From: Chrysomallon squamiferum
Taxonomy: Eukaryota > Animalia > Mollusca
Length of the DNA stretch: 64,000 nucleotides
Assembly (NCBI GenBank): GCA_012295275.1
Contig: CM022669.1
Location: 2,604,001-2,668,000 of the forward strand
Direction of reading: 5' to 3'
The notes under the pieces are model-generated. The model searched no databases and was not told the origin of the DNA. It worked only from the letters and a program-made list of their open reading frames with translations. Made by a program: the position numbers and the translations under genes. Every line of letters starts with the position of its first letter. The first letter of the stretch is position 1. This document shows positions 40,746 through 54,564 of the stretch, one piece after another.

Positions 40746-42149
40746 CTGTTTAAAATAAATTTAATAATTATTACTAAAAACACATTTAAGTTTGTTACTT
40801 CTAGTTTTGTTGCATAAAAAGAATTTCACATGCACTTATAAAATATAGTTTCATATATGTACATACATACATACATACATACATACATACACATACAAAG
40901 ATATTTTTGCTGAGTATATTTAATCTTCAATTATTAAAAAATGTATTTCTTGAAAATAAATTTTATTAGATTTAGCTAGAACAAACACTGAACATAAAAC
41001 TTTCACTCTAATTCTGAGATGATGGACCTGATCCCAGGAAATTATCCAAATGATTTCAGTTTTAAGTCTGACAGATCAACGACTTACAGTTAGTCTCTTA
41101 TTATAGACTTTTATGTGAAAATACAACCAAGAATAAAGAAATGTTTCAAATTAACAACATGCTCCACTTATTTCTAATACTTAATGGTACACTATTTACT
41201 TTCCAGCACCGTCAGTTCCAAAGCATTTCCAAGATATCAGTTTTTCCAGACTAAAAGAGGTTATATAATAATAATAATTTCAACAATACACCTCTGACCA
41301 ACTAAATATATATACTTCCATGTTTCTAAAGCACCTATTACCATACTAGAAACATTAATTAAATAAATGTAAAACAGTAAATGAAATACATTAGAATAAA
41401 TGATTATGTAAATTAGTGGAGGCTGCATCAATAAAATCAGATTATTAATTTAAAAAATAGTTTAAAACATTAAATCCACCAAATGCAATAAAAAATGTAA
41501 TCCCACCTTTCTCAGAAATGTTATCATGGATGGTTGTGTTTCTCTATAACAAAAATAAGAAAAAATAAGTAATGTTTTTAAAGTAAATAAAATTAAATAT
41601 ATTTTAAATTAAATATTTTAATATTTTTTTGAAATTAAAATTATTTCTTACTCTAAATGAAAAATGGATAGAATAATGTTAACAGCAACTGTACCAGTTC
41701 CTTAATGATAAAAACCACGACAACTACGACAACTATTATTATAATTTTTGATTATATGTTAAGAAATACCAGTTAAATTATTTAATTAATTTTAAAAAAT
41801 TTCTGTAACAAACTAAAAGGATTATATTCCATCTATTCCAATCATCAAAACTGGTTAATATCAGTATGATTACGTAAGTAGTAATATTTTTATTTATTTA
41901 TTTAATTATTTAATTTGTGGCCTTCTAAGAGGTTGCCTCGTCCCCGTTTGTGCACACAGAACAAAACATTGGAATATAAACACATTTATTTTGTCTGTTT
42001 GTTCATATATAGTATACTTTAGATTCTTACATGGTTTCCTTTGGATTAAAAAATATATATATATTTAAACAAATTAAAACTGATGACAACGTGCTTTATT
42101 TATAAGTTATATAACTGTACGATTCTTTAGCTCTTAGTCTTAAGTTTTA

Positions 42150-42672
42150 TTTATATTAAGATTACCAACCTTAGTCTTACATTTGAAGTATATTTTATCT
42201 TTTTAACCTCATTTATTAGTACTCTGTTCGGGAAACTGTAGCAAAAGTTGTAACCATCTGTGGTATCTTTGTATTTATTATTAAAAGAATTAGTGAAAAC
42301 GAAAGTAACCAAATTACACGGTAACACATCACGTGAAATTTACATATTACACCAGTCAGTGATCAATATAAGTTTTACAACTTACCCATAAGAACTAAAA
42401 ATTACAACTAAAATACATATTAGTAATATCCGAACTTTTCTTTTGTACTTTAACTTTGCGGATGAAATCATAAAAGGTATCCACCATTAAGGTTCGAGAA
42501 AAGAAATTTTAACTATTTGGGTATAAAACTGGTAACTGTAAACATAATACGCAGAAATTTAAACCAACCGAGGAATAGTCATTCACTGAAGGGGATTCCC
42601 CTGTTTTATAAAAACATTTCTTTTTTATTTATTTATTTATTTAGTTATAAAGAAGATTTATTTTGTAAAGCC

Positions 42673-42722
<50 letters not shown>

Positions 42723-43700
42723 CTGAATAGTTACTGTATATGTGACTGAATTTATATTTGCATGTATATGTGCGTACACATTAACATCGGTTTTATGCAA
42801 ACATGTTAATTAATATATATACACAATGATATTTCTTACTTTATTTTTCTTAAATAAAGTACGTATATAGTTGGTGAACATTTCCTTGTTACCGTAATAA
42901 TTTATAACTGATATAATAAAATTATATTTCTGTAAAATGTTATGTTTGTGTATGTATGTAATATATATATATATATATACACACACTCTAAATAAAAGTG
43001 TTAAAGAGATTATATAACTCTGTCTTATCAGCTGGACTTTCTCTGTGTTCTGAACTAAGCTGTACTTATGTACTTGTCACAAAACAGTAGCTCTTATTAT
43101 TTGACGAGGTTGGTTGTGATTTAGTATTTCACATACACACGCACACGCACACACACACACACACAACACACACACACACACTTGCACTTGCACTTGCACT
43201 TGCAAACACGACCAAATGTATGCAATTGTCACTCTTCGGAATTCAAAATTTTGCATAAATCAGTTGATACGTCATTCCTTTTTGAATTTCCTGAATTCAA
43301 AATATTACAATGGGAATAAATATAGTGACTTTGAATTCCTATAATTTTGCCAGCACAAGCCGCCCATTCACTGTTTAAACAATCTGTAAGTACGTGTCTT
43401 TTTTGAGGTGTGCTTCATTTTGGACAGATATATAATAAAAGATCTTTATCTTAAAGATACGATGATTCTGCAAAAAAAACAAGTTGTTTTTAATTCTATG
43501 CCAAGTTGAACTTTAAGAAATGATAAAAACATTATAAATCAGTTACCCTATCTTTACAATCACTCTTTAGACACTCGCGGTTTATTTTATATTGCCCTAT
43601 GTCAGATCTACAATAATACAACCAGCACGACATTACAGCACCCTGGGTGATATTGTTCGGACAGTTTTACTTTGAAGTAGCATGGACGTGACTGGAAATG
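42150..43700. promoter_or_regulatory. Divergent promoter interval between FAM172A (-) and the GRAM-domain gene (+)
   Basis: The genes are head-to-head. Local CpG enrichment, a palindromic E-box TCACGTGA at 42329-42336, and a candidate minus-strand 5'UTR donor (GG|GTAAGT) near 42385. Confidence 0.45.
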
Positions 43701-44899
43701 GAAGCTGTCGGGGACGTTTCAAATGCGACAAACAACAGGAAAGAAATCAGAAAATTTAAAACTGTTATAAAGTCACTGAAGATGATATTTAGGTGAGCCT
43801 TTCTGGAGCATGTAATCATAGCAATAATAATAATAATATCAATGAAAAATGAAATTAATGAAAAAAAAATGTTATGAGATATTTAGTTATAAAAGTACTT
43901 CTACTACAACAAAAAACACTGTTACTAACACTATTGTTTCTATCACGTCTACTATTGCTGCTTTATATCTACTTCAACTACTACTAAAACTTGTACAGTT
44001 TCCATAGTTACGGCAATTATTTCTGTAACTTTTGTTCTTAGAACTAGTATTCTATTGTTAATATTATATATCACACAACTATTACCAGTTGACAATAATA
44101 ACAGTAACAATAACAACAACAACAACATCACAAAAACAACAATATTAAAAAGAAAATGATGATTATGCTGACGAAAAAGAAAGTAAACTAAATTGCAGAA
44201 AATGATTATAAATGAAATAAAGGAATATTAGTAGTTTTATCAGAATGCCTGTCTGCAAAAGGCGTTTATATCCCAAATTAAAATGTTGCTGTATACCGAT
44301 GCATATATGTACTTATAAGTAAACTATAAATGTAGCATAACATTGTCAAGTATATTGTTTACACTATATGATTCAGAGTTACAAAAAACAAGCCCGTGAT
44401 AAAAATATGATGTTATTGTTTATACTCCATATGTCCGGGAAAAATAACAGTATGTCTATTTGAACTGAACTCGGATAGTATTGTTAGTGGAGTACTTTAT
44501 GCTATTTTTCCTTAGTCCAGAAATAAATGAGAAAAAGTATCAGTACATTTTCCTGTGTATTATAGTTAATGGTGTTTTCGTAGTATGGAAAGGTTCTAGA
44601 ATTAGGTACAAGCTTATTTTTGTTCTGTGTTTACAAGTGTGAAAATACCACCCGTAAAACTGAAGGTGAGTACTAACTTAAATGCCATGAAAAAAGATAT
44701 GAAATTATTTCTAAAATCTTAATCCTAAGCAATTAATGCTTTAATATATATGATTAAAAAAACACCTATTACCTCAACAACAACATCGGCAACAGAAACA
44801 GCAAGCACAACAGCCATAATAATAATAATAACAATAACAATAATAATAATAATAATAATAATATTTGTGGAGATTTAATTTATTTTTTATTTTTACGCA

Positions 44900-44931
<32 letters not shown>

Positions 44932-45300
44932 ACAAACACGATATATATTCTAATACTTTAGCTAAATTATAATAGTATCGTATATATATTTTCTTTCTGA
45001 AAGTACTTATATTGTCACTTTATTTTCAGTAATGTGAATGTATTCATTCCGCTATTACCAAGGACAGATTTGATAATAAATACCCTTCGATCTCACATAT
45101 TAAAGTGTTTATGAGAAAGGTCCGTGTTATTTGTACTGTTGCTAATATAAATGATTTATAAATTCTATTTAAATATATTTTGATGTGATCGTAAAATATG
45201 AACTTACCCACGGTTTCTAGCTTGATAATGCAGCTTTCTATAGCAGACGTATAATAGCTTAATATTATATATTTTTATTGTTTTGTAGGGTTTGTTCTTA

Positions 45301-45342
<42 letters not shown>

Positions 45343-45688
45343 CTTTGTGTGTATTTAAAAAATGACTACTGCTACTACTACTGCTACTACTGCTATTATT
45401 ATTACTACTACAACTACTGCTATTTCTGTTTCTACTACTGCTGATAAACGTTTTTATTATCTAAACTTTGAAATGTTTTAATTAGATGAAAAGTATTTGA
45501 CTAAATATATTATATTAATCCATCTACATTTCTACCGCAGCTGTTTCTGTTATTATTAAATCAGCTGTTATTAGTTTAATTTGACTGAACTACAGTTATA
45601 TTATATATCTTATTCTTATTGTTCTGTGACATAGGCAGCCAATGTTTTCTAATAATAATGTATAATAATTATATTAAGAAGCTTGGCG

Positions 45689-45719
<31 letters not shown>

Positions 45720-46583
45720 TCTTGTTGTTTTTCTAGAAAAAAGTATTTTAATACTGTAGGTCCAAAACATCGCCAGATGTAATGGCACTCAGATTTCATG
45801 GCGAAAAAAGAAATCTCACTCGTTCTCAGTCATTTGTTACACCAGTAGCAAGCAGGTCTCTGCACAAAATAAAACGAACTATGTCCAGTCACGACAGCTC
45901 AGACAAAAATGATTTCTCTATGAAATACATAACGAAATTGGATGACAAACTAAAAAAACGTACAGTGCAACATAACTTTGTTGACTCGAAGTCATCACCG
46001 TCTTCTGATCAGCTGGATAATAATTATGACAGAAGAATACATCACAGCAGATCCTGTGGCGGTTCTGTACAGTTATCAGACTGTAATCAATATCGAAACA
46101 GGTAATTCCATAAATTATTTATTTACTCATTTATTATTGTTGTTGTTGTTTAGTTCTATCCTCTTCAATTCTTGATTTTCACTTTGTTGCTAGGAGAAAC
46201 CTGTTTTAGTTCAGCGATTCGAGCCCTGACCTGATGCGCAAACGAGTGCGGGATCAATCCTCATGATACTTATTTCACTTACCATTTTGTCAAGAAAAGC
46301 GAATTTCCTCATGAATAATTGTTGGTTAAAAAGTAATTCAGTACATCACCACAGTCTAAAATATATTTGTAGTGTTAGTTCTAGTGGCAGAAGAAGCAGT
46401 AATTTACAGTTTACTTTGTAAAAAAAATTTAACCTATATATCCATTGCTTTTTTCATATCAGAATTCATAAAATATATTTTTACTGGCTAAACTGATAAC
46501 GTTTTATATAGAATATGTAATATGAAAACTCACGCGCACAAATTTTACTTTTTTATTTATGTTTTTAATTTTTTTTTAAATAA

Positions 46584-46615
<32 letters not shown>

Positions 46616-49600
46616 TTTGTATTATCTATATTATGAAAGTGTTTAATTATCAGAAAACGGTTGTCATATTACAGCATCAAACACAAAATAAGTGAGGAAA
46701 TAAGTGATGGGGACGCGTTCCTATTTTTTTTTTTTTTTCATTGGAAAGTGGAGACTATACTTTTGATAAATCAGTCGTTTAACATTTACTGGCTGGGATG
46801 TGAATGGGCCAGCGACGAAATTAACTGACTTAGTATAAAATTATTATCTATAATTAAGATATATTAGACAACAACAACAATAATAATAAATTAAAATCAA
46901 ATCGAAGTTATCGAATGTGGTTAGAGAGGAAGCTGGAGCCTACTTGGTTATCATCTACATACCAGTTACAACAACAAATGCGAAGACGATGTAACAGACT
47001 CATTTAATTTAATATACGAGAGTCCACACTGCATGTAATGTCTGTTTCCGTGGTCAGCAGAATATTCAACAGTTAAGGTAAGTTTTGAATGCTACGAATG
47101 TATTATTATTATTATTATTATTTTTAATATTTAAAGATTAAATCAGAATGGAGTGAATGTTTTCATTTTTGACAGTAAAATAGTTAGGTCGGTTTAATCG
47201 TTTTGAACTTCATCCTGTAACACCGGCAAAGTACATCATTTTCTTTTTTCACGTCAGAGACAGTGATTTTTGTTTATTTCTTTTGATATCTTTTCTTCTT
47301 TATTCACAGTCAGAAGAGGAAATAACCGCAAACTTTTCACTGATCATAACAAATTCAGATGTTTTCACCATTCATCCATTTCATTTGTCATTTTCATGAT
47401 TTTGTGAAATTTGACAGTTGAAAACGAATTTTAACTGTAAACCTTTTATTTTAAGTTCATCAACTAATAGGTTAGTAATAAACCGTGTAATTTCAAATGG
47501 ATTAAAATAATTGATTTAAATATTCAAAGTCAAGAGAAGAAGATTTTGTTTACTTTAAATCACATTTATTGACATATTGAAGCTGGATTGGATAGGTTCA
47601 ACATCAGCTAATTGCTATTAGGAAATTACTTCTTGCAAAGAAAAAAAATTCAGTCACATCAGTGAGGTGAAGCAGTAAAATATATAAATAATTATAATAT
47701 TTATTTTATGAATTTCTTTGGAAAAATGCTTTTTTCTGTTTTCCCCACTAACATTTCCTTTATCATTCATTACTTATATGCATTCCATACCACCATTAAA
47801 GTCAAAATAATATATATCACATGTATCCTTTTAAAAAACATCCCTTACAGAAAAGTATTAATGCATTTTTAAAAAAAATCAGCCTTGTGACATGTATAAT
47901 GAGTAATGTGCTCTATTTCCTTGTAATCAAATTACCTTGTCTAAACATGCCATGTTAAAACTTTGTCATATTTCCAATAATTTAGGTCTATTAAAATAAT
48001 TTGTCTGTTCTATATAAAGAAACTTCTGTTGTTTCAGAAATATGTTTAACCTTTATGATGTGGAATATTTTTTTTTTTTTCAGTATCAGTATAGCCTTGT
48101 GTGGTTAGATACACTTAACTAAATGAAAACGAAATAATATAATAAACATAACATAATCGTTTTTTTCTCTATTGGTGTTTTGAGATCATCTATTAGAACA
48201 GATATAAAATATCTTGAGCTAATATCAGTTTTCAGGACTGTTGCTTTAGAGGTTTATTAAATGCATTATTAATGTAATTTATGTTTGAGACGGGCATCAG
48301 AAAATGTCTGTCACTGTCATTCATATGAAAGTAAGACATTCTTAATATTACTTCAAAAATTAGTATTCTTTTCATGAAATTACATAATGAAAGAAATGGG
48401 GTTTATTTGAAATGAAACAAGTGACAGTTAGAAAATATGTTAATAGTAATGGTTATTTGTTATAATCTTTTAGAAGCAGATTACAGAAAGAAAAAAAATG
48501 TACATAATCACAATCTTTCACTTGGGGCACTAGGTGGAACAGGAAATAACCACTAGGCCTAAATATTGATCTCTGACCCCCAGTCCTTAGTTCAGCTTCA
48601 TAAAGTAACAATATTATTATCTTTCAGAAAATATTCTTGGTAATATTCAAAAATATTTACTCAAAACTTGCTATATTTTAATATTTTGATTGTAAAATAT
48701 ATATGATCGAGAAAAACTGCTGCCAGTACTGCATCTTATATGAATATTAAAGGTTTTGCCTGTTGGAAATAGAAACCAAATTAATAAACACACAAACACA
48801 CATACACATGCACACAAACACACATACACACACATAACTGTGTGTGTGACTATATTTACACCTTATTAGCTGCAGGCTAAATAACCTTGAGTTGTTTATG
48901 TTCTTTCATTTTAAACTACAGGATCCTGACTTAGAATACATGGCTACTACGAATGGTCTGTCAGTGTTATGTGTTATTATTCTTAATCTGCACACAAAGT
49001 ATAGTGAGTGGTAGCCTTTTTACTTTGTTTGCTATCAGGCCTTCAGTGAAGTTGCCGTATTGATCGGTAATAGCCAATGTCCTATCTTCATTTGACCGAA
49101 AGTGATTGAAATGAACACTACTCCTCATTTACTTGGCCTCATTTCTGTATAACGATAGCTTTACAGAATGGGGGTGTTTGGATTATAAAGGCATTTTGCC
49201 AGTGTGGTTTTTGTGATGTGACATGGCAGTTCATAGCTGCATATTCAAGGACATGTAGATTATCCTTTCAACACCCGGCCTTTCAAGGCAAATACTGCTT
49301 TTAAGAAAGAAAGGTACTATAATGTTGTCCTTTCAAGGGTTTATTTTTCTCGGTTTATGTATATGTCTATATGTGTTTGTTGTGTTCATACATATATATG
49401 CATTTCTATAAATGTTTACATACTTTTAAAAAAATAATCATAATTAAACACTCCTTGAAGTAATATAATGCACATATCTTATTTTAAAATCATAAGGAAA
49501 ATGTAATGAAATTGTTTTATTGTTAGAATATGGTGAAACTGATGTTTAAATAATTTTATTAGATCTATCTTTTGTTGCTCTTCTTTTTTTTCTTGCTTAT

Positions 49601-52600
49601 TAAAATTCTATAGATAGGATAAATGATGCATAAAGATGCATCTCAAAAGTCTGCTTCTTTATATATTAACTCATACAACCAATGCCCGTAAATATTCTTT
49701 TTGAAAGGTTTTTGTTTTTGGCATTCATGTAACTTACCCATAATCAGAGCAGTGCATATACATTAAAAATATGTAAGTGCTAACTATTTAATGGTAGTTA
49801 TTGCTAAAATATGCAAAACTCTGGTTATTTATGTAACTATTATTTAATTTTATATATGTCATGATGTTTATAATGATTTAGATTTTTTCAGCACATGAGG
49901 TGTATTTGTTTAATCAGAAAATAAGGTTTGAATTTGCTGCATGTTGTTAGATACAAGATACACATGTTTTTTTTAAAACAGATTACATGGCTTTTGCACA
50001 GGGTACAAAGATCACAAGTACTCATGGTACACATATCATATTAGATAAATTTCTATATCCTTTCGCCCTTGTTATCATAGTTTTTGTCCTCAAAAGTATG
50101 TGATTTTCTTTTCTTTCTTGTATTAGCAGCAGTTAATCAAATTTAAAATAAGTTAAAGTCAGAAAGAATAAATGATGCCAGCTATTTACTTTTTTATAAC
50201 TTTTTTCATTTTTATTCTTTGTTTAAATTAAGATCAATGCTATGTATGTGAATATTTACTCTATTTAACTAGTATCATTTGGCAAAACATTTTATTCTAA
50301 TATGACAGGACTGTTTAATTAATAAGCAAAAAACTAAATTTTATAGGCAAGTGTTACCTAAATAACATTCAAATAAGTTATTGTATTGTTCCATAAAATA
50401 TCTATGGTTTTATTTTCACTATATGGCATTATAATAAATAACCAGTAGGAAAACAGATTCATTCTTTACTCTAACAACTCCAGCTGTTGACAATTATGGT
50501 GATCAAGATCACATTACTAAAAACAATGCTACCTTGAACTTAGAATAAATTTCTGTTACATTGTTATTGATACGTGCTCTTTTCTGGTTGCAAAAAGCAA
50601 GAGCAAATGAACTGAGACCTTGGAACTAATGCATTATTAATATAAATTGGACAAGAATACCAGAATCACTTAAATTAATAGACTCTATTTTTTTTTTTCA
50701 TACTTAGATTTAAAAATTCTCAGTTCACGCATATATTTCTTAATATTATTATAGTTATACTTTTTGCATTGTAATCCCCAAAATCACCAGACTTATTCAA
50801 GGAATGCCTATTTCCTGATGATTTGCGATTTTACTTTTTTTATTTTTGCCAAATCTAAATCATTAAATTTTCTATAAAACATATTGGTCCTGAAATTCAG
50901 TAAGAAGTTAAACCAAAAAAATATTGATTGAAAGTGCACTTCAATATAATTTTAAAGCACTTTGGTAGGATCTCTTACTTTTAATCAGTCATTAAATCAC
51001 TGCTTTATTCAGTATTGGTAAATATATTATTTCCTTTTTTTTCAGCTTAGACACACAACATATAAATTTGTGTTTGTGTATTTAAATATTGATATGCTAC
51101 TGTTTCAAACTAAATTAAAACTGTCAGTTACCCTTTGAATAATTGCATTTTTGTTTCAAGGGATTTACTTCAATTCTCATTTCTCAATTAAATTATTCAT
51201 AAACAATATGTATGTCTGAATATATCTTTTTTTTAAATATTTATTTTTATTAATAGCTAAACCAAACTTGAAAGCAAAGTAAAAAAAATTGTACATTACG
51301 TTCCTCTGAGTTTCATTTTTTAAATAGGCTTTATTTAAATGTTTTGCTCTGAGCAGTTTATAGTTTTGGTATCTTTTTCTGTGGTTTCATTAACTTCAGA
51401 CCAAAAATGGCTTTGATATGTTTGTGATATTGCCTCAGGTTTGTTCCTGTTTGTCCCAGTAGAGTATATTTTGATATTGGTTATTGATTTATCACTGGAT
51501 TATATTACAAATCTTATGACTTTATCCAGCTATATAGTGAGAATACCAGGATGAATTTGGGATCACAGGTTTCTGATTCATTTATATTTAATAATTTCCT
51601 CCTCTTATCCAGTTGTACGTTTTCCTGGCTAATGACTTGTGACTAGGATAAGGAAGTTTGTTTATTGCATCATCATCTTTTTTTCTCTTTTTTTTCGTCT
51701 CACCAGCCTTTTTTATATGATATCATAGTAATATAGTAAAGTATATTACACTGGAATTTAAAAAAAGTATAATTTTGGACATCAGCAAATTTATTTGATT
51801 AATATGTAAATTATATATACATTTTTTAATACGGCAATCTTTTCATAAATATTGTTCATACAGATAAAAACTGCTGCTGAATATTATTAGTGTCAATCAA
51901 AAATTCTTTTGTTACTAATGAATAACTGAATTTATCAATACATTTATGTGCTCCATAGACATTGTACGTGAGTGACATAGTTTTTTACAATATCAAATTT
52001 TTTTTTAGTACTTTATTTAATTAGCTGAAGTGAAAATAGTCATTATTATTTTTAATAGATAGTTAATTTTCTGTTTATAGGTTTCAGTTACTGTACATTT
52101 AATGTTGTTAACATATATGAAATGAACCACTGCCTAGATGTGAGGATGTTAATGATCTTGTTTACAGATTGGTATTAAGTAGTTGAAGAAAACTGTTTTT
52201 TAGGGAAGAAGTTTAACCTGAATATTAACATTTAAAAAAACATTATAATTTGTTTTGTTTTCATCCTTTATTTCAGTATTTTTTCTTTTCTTTTCTTACT
52301 TTCTTTTTTATTTGTTTCTTTTATTATATATATATATTTTTTTTTTCAAGGACACAAGTATATTAATCATAATTGTGTAACTTTTTTTTTTCTTTTTTTT
52401 TTATGATAAACAGAAAGGAATGATGAGCAACTAATTATATAAATTTCTGATTTGCTATTTGTTTTAGGTATTTATTTATTGCTGTCATTAACAGATTTTT
52501 TATTTGCATAGGCATTTTAGCATTTGCTATATCATATTTTGATCTATATTATAAAATTTGATATATTTCACATGATGGCTGAGAGAGTAATAAGTAGAAT

Positions 52601-54533
52601 TTCCTTCCATCAATACAAATAATTACCTACTGGTGATAGCAATTTGATAATATGGATTTTAGATGCTAAGATAAATCTACAAGCAAAAATGTGTTTACTT
52701 TGACTGCCCATACATTTTGTATTGGCCACAGTTATTTAACAACAAGCCATGCATTCTTCAGCTGTGCAGCACACATTCTGACAAGTGTGTGTCAGATATT
52801 TGAACATTTTCTTTCCTTTTAATTCTAAATACACAGTGAAGATGTTGCTTGCATTAATTCCTCTGCACTTTCTAAACACGAGTATGAATGAATGGAAATG
52901 ATTATTCACAATAACATTCCACACCTACCGTTTGCTGTGTTGTATCTTGTAAATATTACACCTACAGGAATTCCACAATATTAGTTCAAATAACACATTG
53001 CATATGTCTAGTGCCAGATATTGTTGTTCACTTTTTCTGTGTTCAGGTGTCGTTTTTCCAACGTGTCATTATTAATAATTTGTGAATATCTACGAACTAA
53101 CAAACAAAAATATGCACTGTGAGGTTCTTACATATTTATATGCAACAGATCTATAAATACAATAATATGGTAATAACATAAGAGTTTTGTTACATTAAGC
53201 TGAATTGGAACATAACACATCAACTGTTTTGTTACAACATTCTTGTAACGCACATTATAATGCATTAAATAATGGTAATAGTTGGGGCTATTTGTAGAAC
53301 ATCAGCTACTGTAGGTTAAATTCAGCAGGCCAGCATTGTTTAAATTGTCAGACTATGAAATGGGGATCACAAAAGTTCTTATGAAATTTCAGGTAATAAA
53401 ACAATACATCACTGTGCCTCTGGTAAAAAGCGATCTTTTATTTTTTATCTTTAAATATTCATTTAAACTTCAACTTTGATTTTCCTGACTATATAAGCAG
53501 TTGAAATTTGTAAATAAAATCTGAGAGAGTAATTTAATTATTTGATATATAAATATAACATAAAAAAAAAACCCCCAAAACCAGCAGAAAAAAAAAAATA
53601 ATAATAATAAATAAATAAAACAAAACAAGTTAAACAGAAAGTGAAAGAAATCTGGCACTATTTAAGTAAAAAGAAGATAATTTTTTGTTTTATTTTTTAT
53701 ATATATTTTTTTTGTTAGCTATTCATTTTAGATATGGATGTTTCGCCTTGTGGTTCTTGTTCAGGTAATGATCTTTTATTTAAAATGAAAACAAAATGAA
53801 ACTAAATTCTCCAGCATTTATTAATGAGTAAGCTGCTCAAATCAAACTGTTTTTACCTAGCTTTCAGACATATTCTTCATTTGTTGGTATCTATAAATAG
53901 AGCATCTGACATCCTAGTAGTTGTTTTGTTCTGGTCTGCTACATTACTCATCAATAAAGCAAACAGTTCATTCATATTTTTTTAGAGGCTATTTGCTTCA
54001 GTAAGTTAAACTTAGTCAATTCCACTATATTATTGTAGAAGTCTTTCTATCTGTTTTATATATTGTCATACTGTCATTCAGTAAATACATTTTTTTTTAA
54101 TAATTTCATCGGATTTGTTATGTTGAAAACAGGCAATAGTCATTTATATATGTGTGTTACTAATACAAGTATCTATATGAAAAAACAAACCAAAAAACCC
54201 CCAAAACAATAATTTTTAAATAGTCGTTTCATGATATATGGGTGGTTTGTAACTCAAAACATTGAAATGAGGAAGCACACTTGTGCCTTTTAATACATTT
54301 TCCTTTTTTGATAGTCTGCAAAGAATAGTTTGTAGACATCTTTCCATAGAGAGAAAAAACAGATCAAACTTTGAAAAAGAAATTTTTGGGAATGGGAAAG
54401 TGTGCATTGAGGCAATTTCCTGTTCTAAACCATTGGCACCAACAGGGTAACACACTTAACTAGTTATGTGAACCTGAATGTAGCTAGTAAACTGTAATAG
54501 ATAAAGATAAAATAAAAATTAAAATTATGTAAA

Positions 54534-54564
<31 letters not shown>

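Noticed and set aside
41915-41965. Short GC-rich island in the FAM172A 5' region, considered as snRNA/snoRNA
   Set aside because: No recognisable Sm site, box motifs or stable fold.
46200-46275. Possible tRNA gene
   Set aside because: Only decayed A/B-box-like motifs, with no acceptor stem or cloverleaf. Treated as a SINE remnant.
47823-47832. GTATCCTTTT, a perfect U12-type 5' splice-site motif on the GRAM gene strand
   Set aside because: No upstream exon or matching U12 branch point/acceptor was found, and the same motif occurs on the non-coding strand elsewhere (~20268), so it is probably chance.
48922-49313. Coding exon of the GRAM gene
   Set aside because: All three frames contain stops. 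At most a UTR exon.
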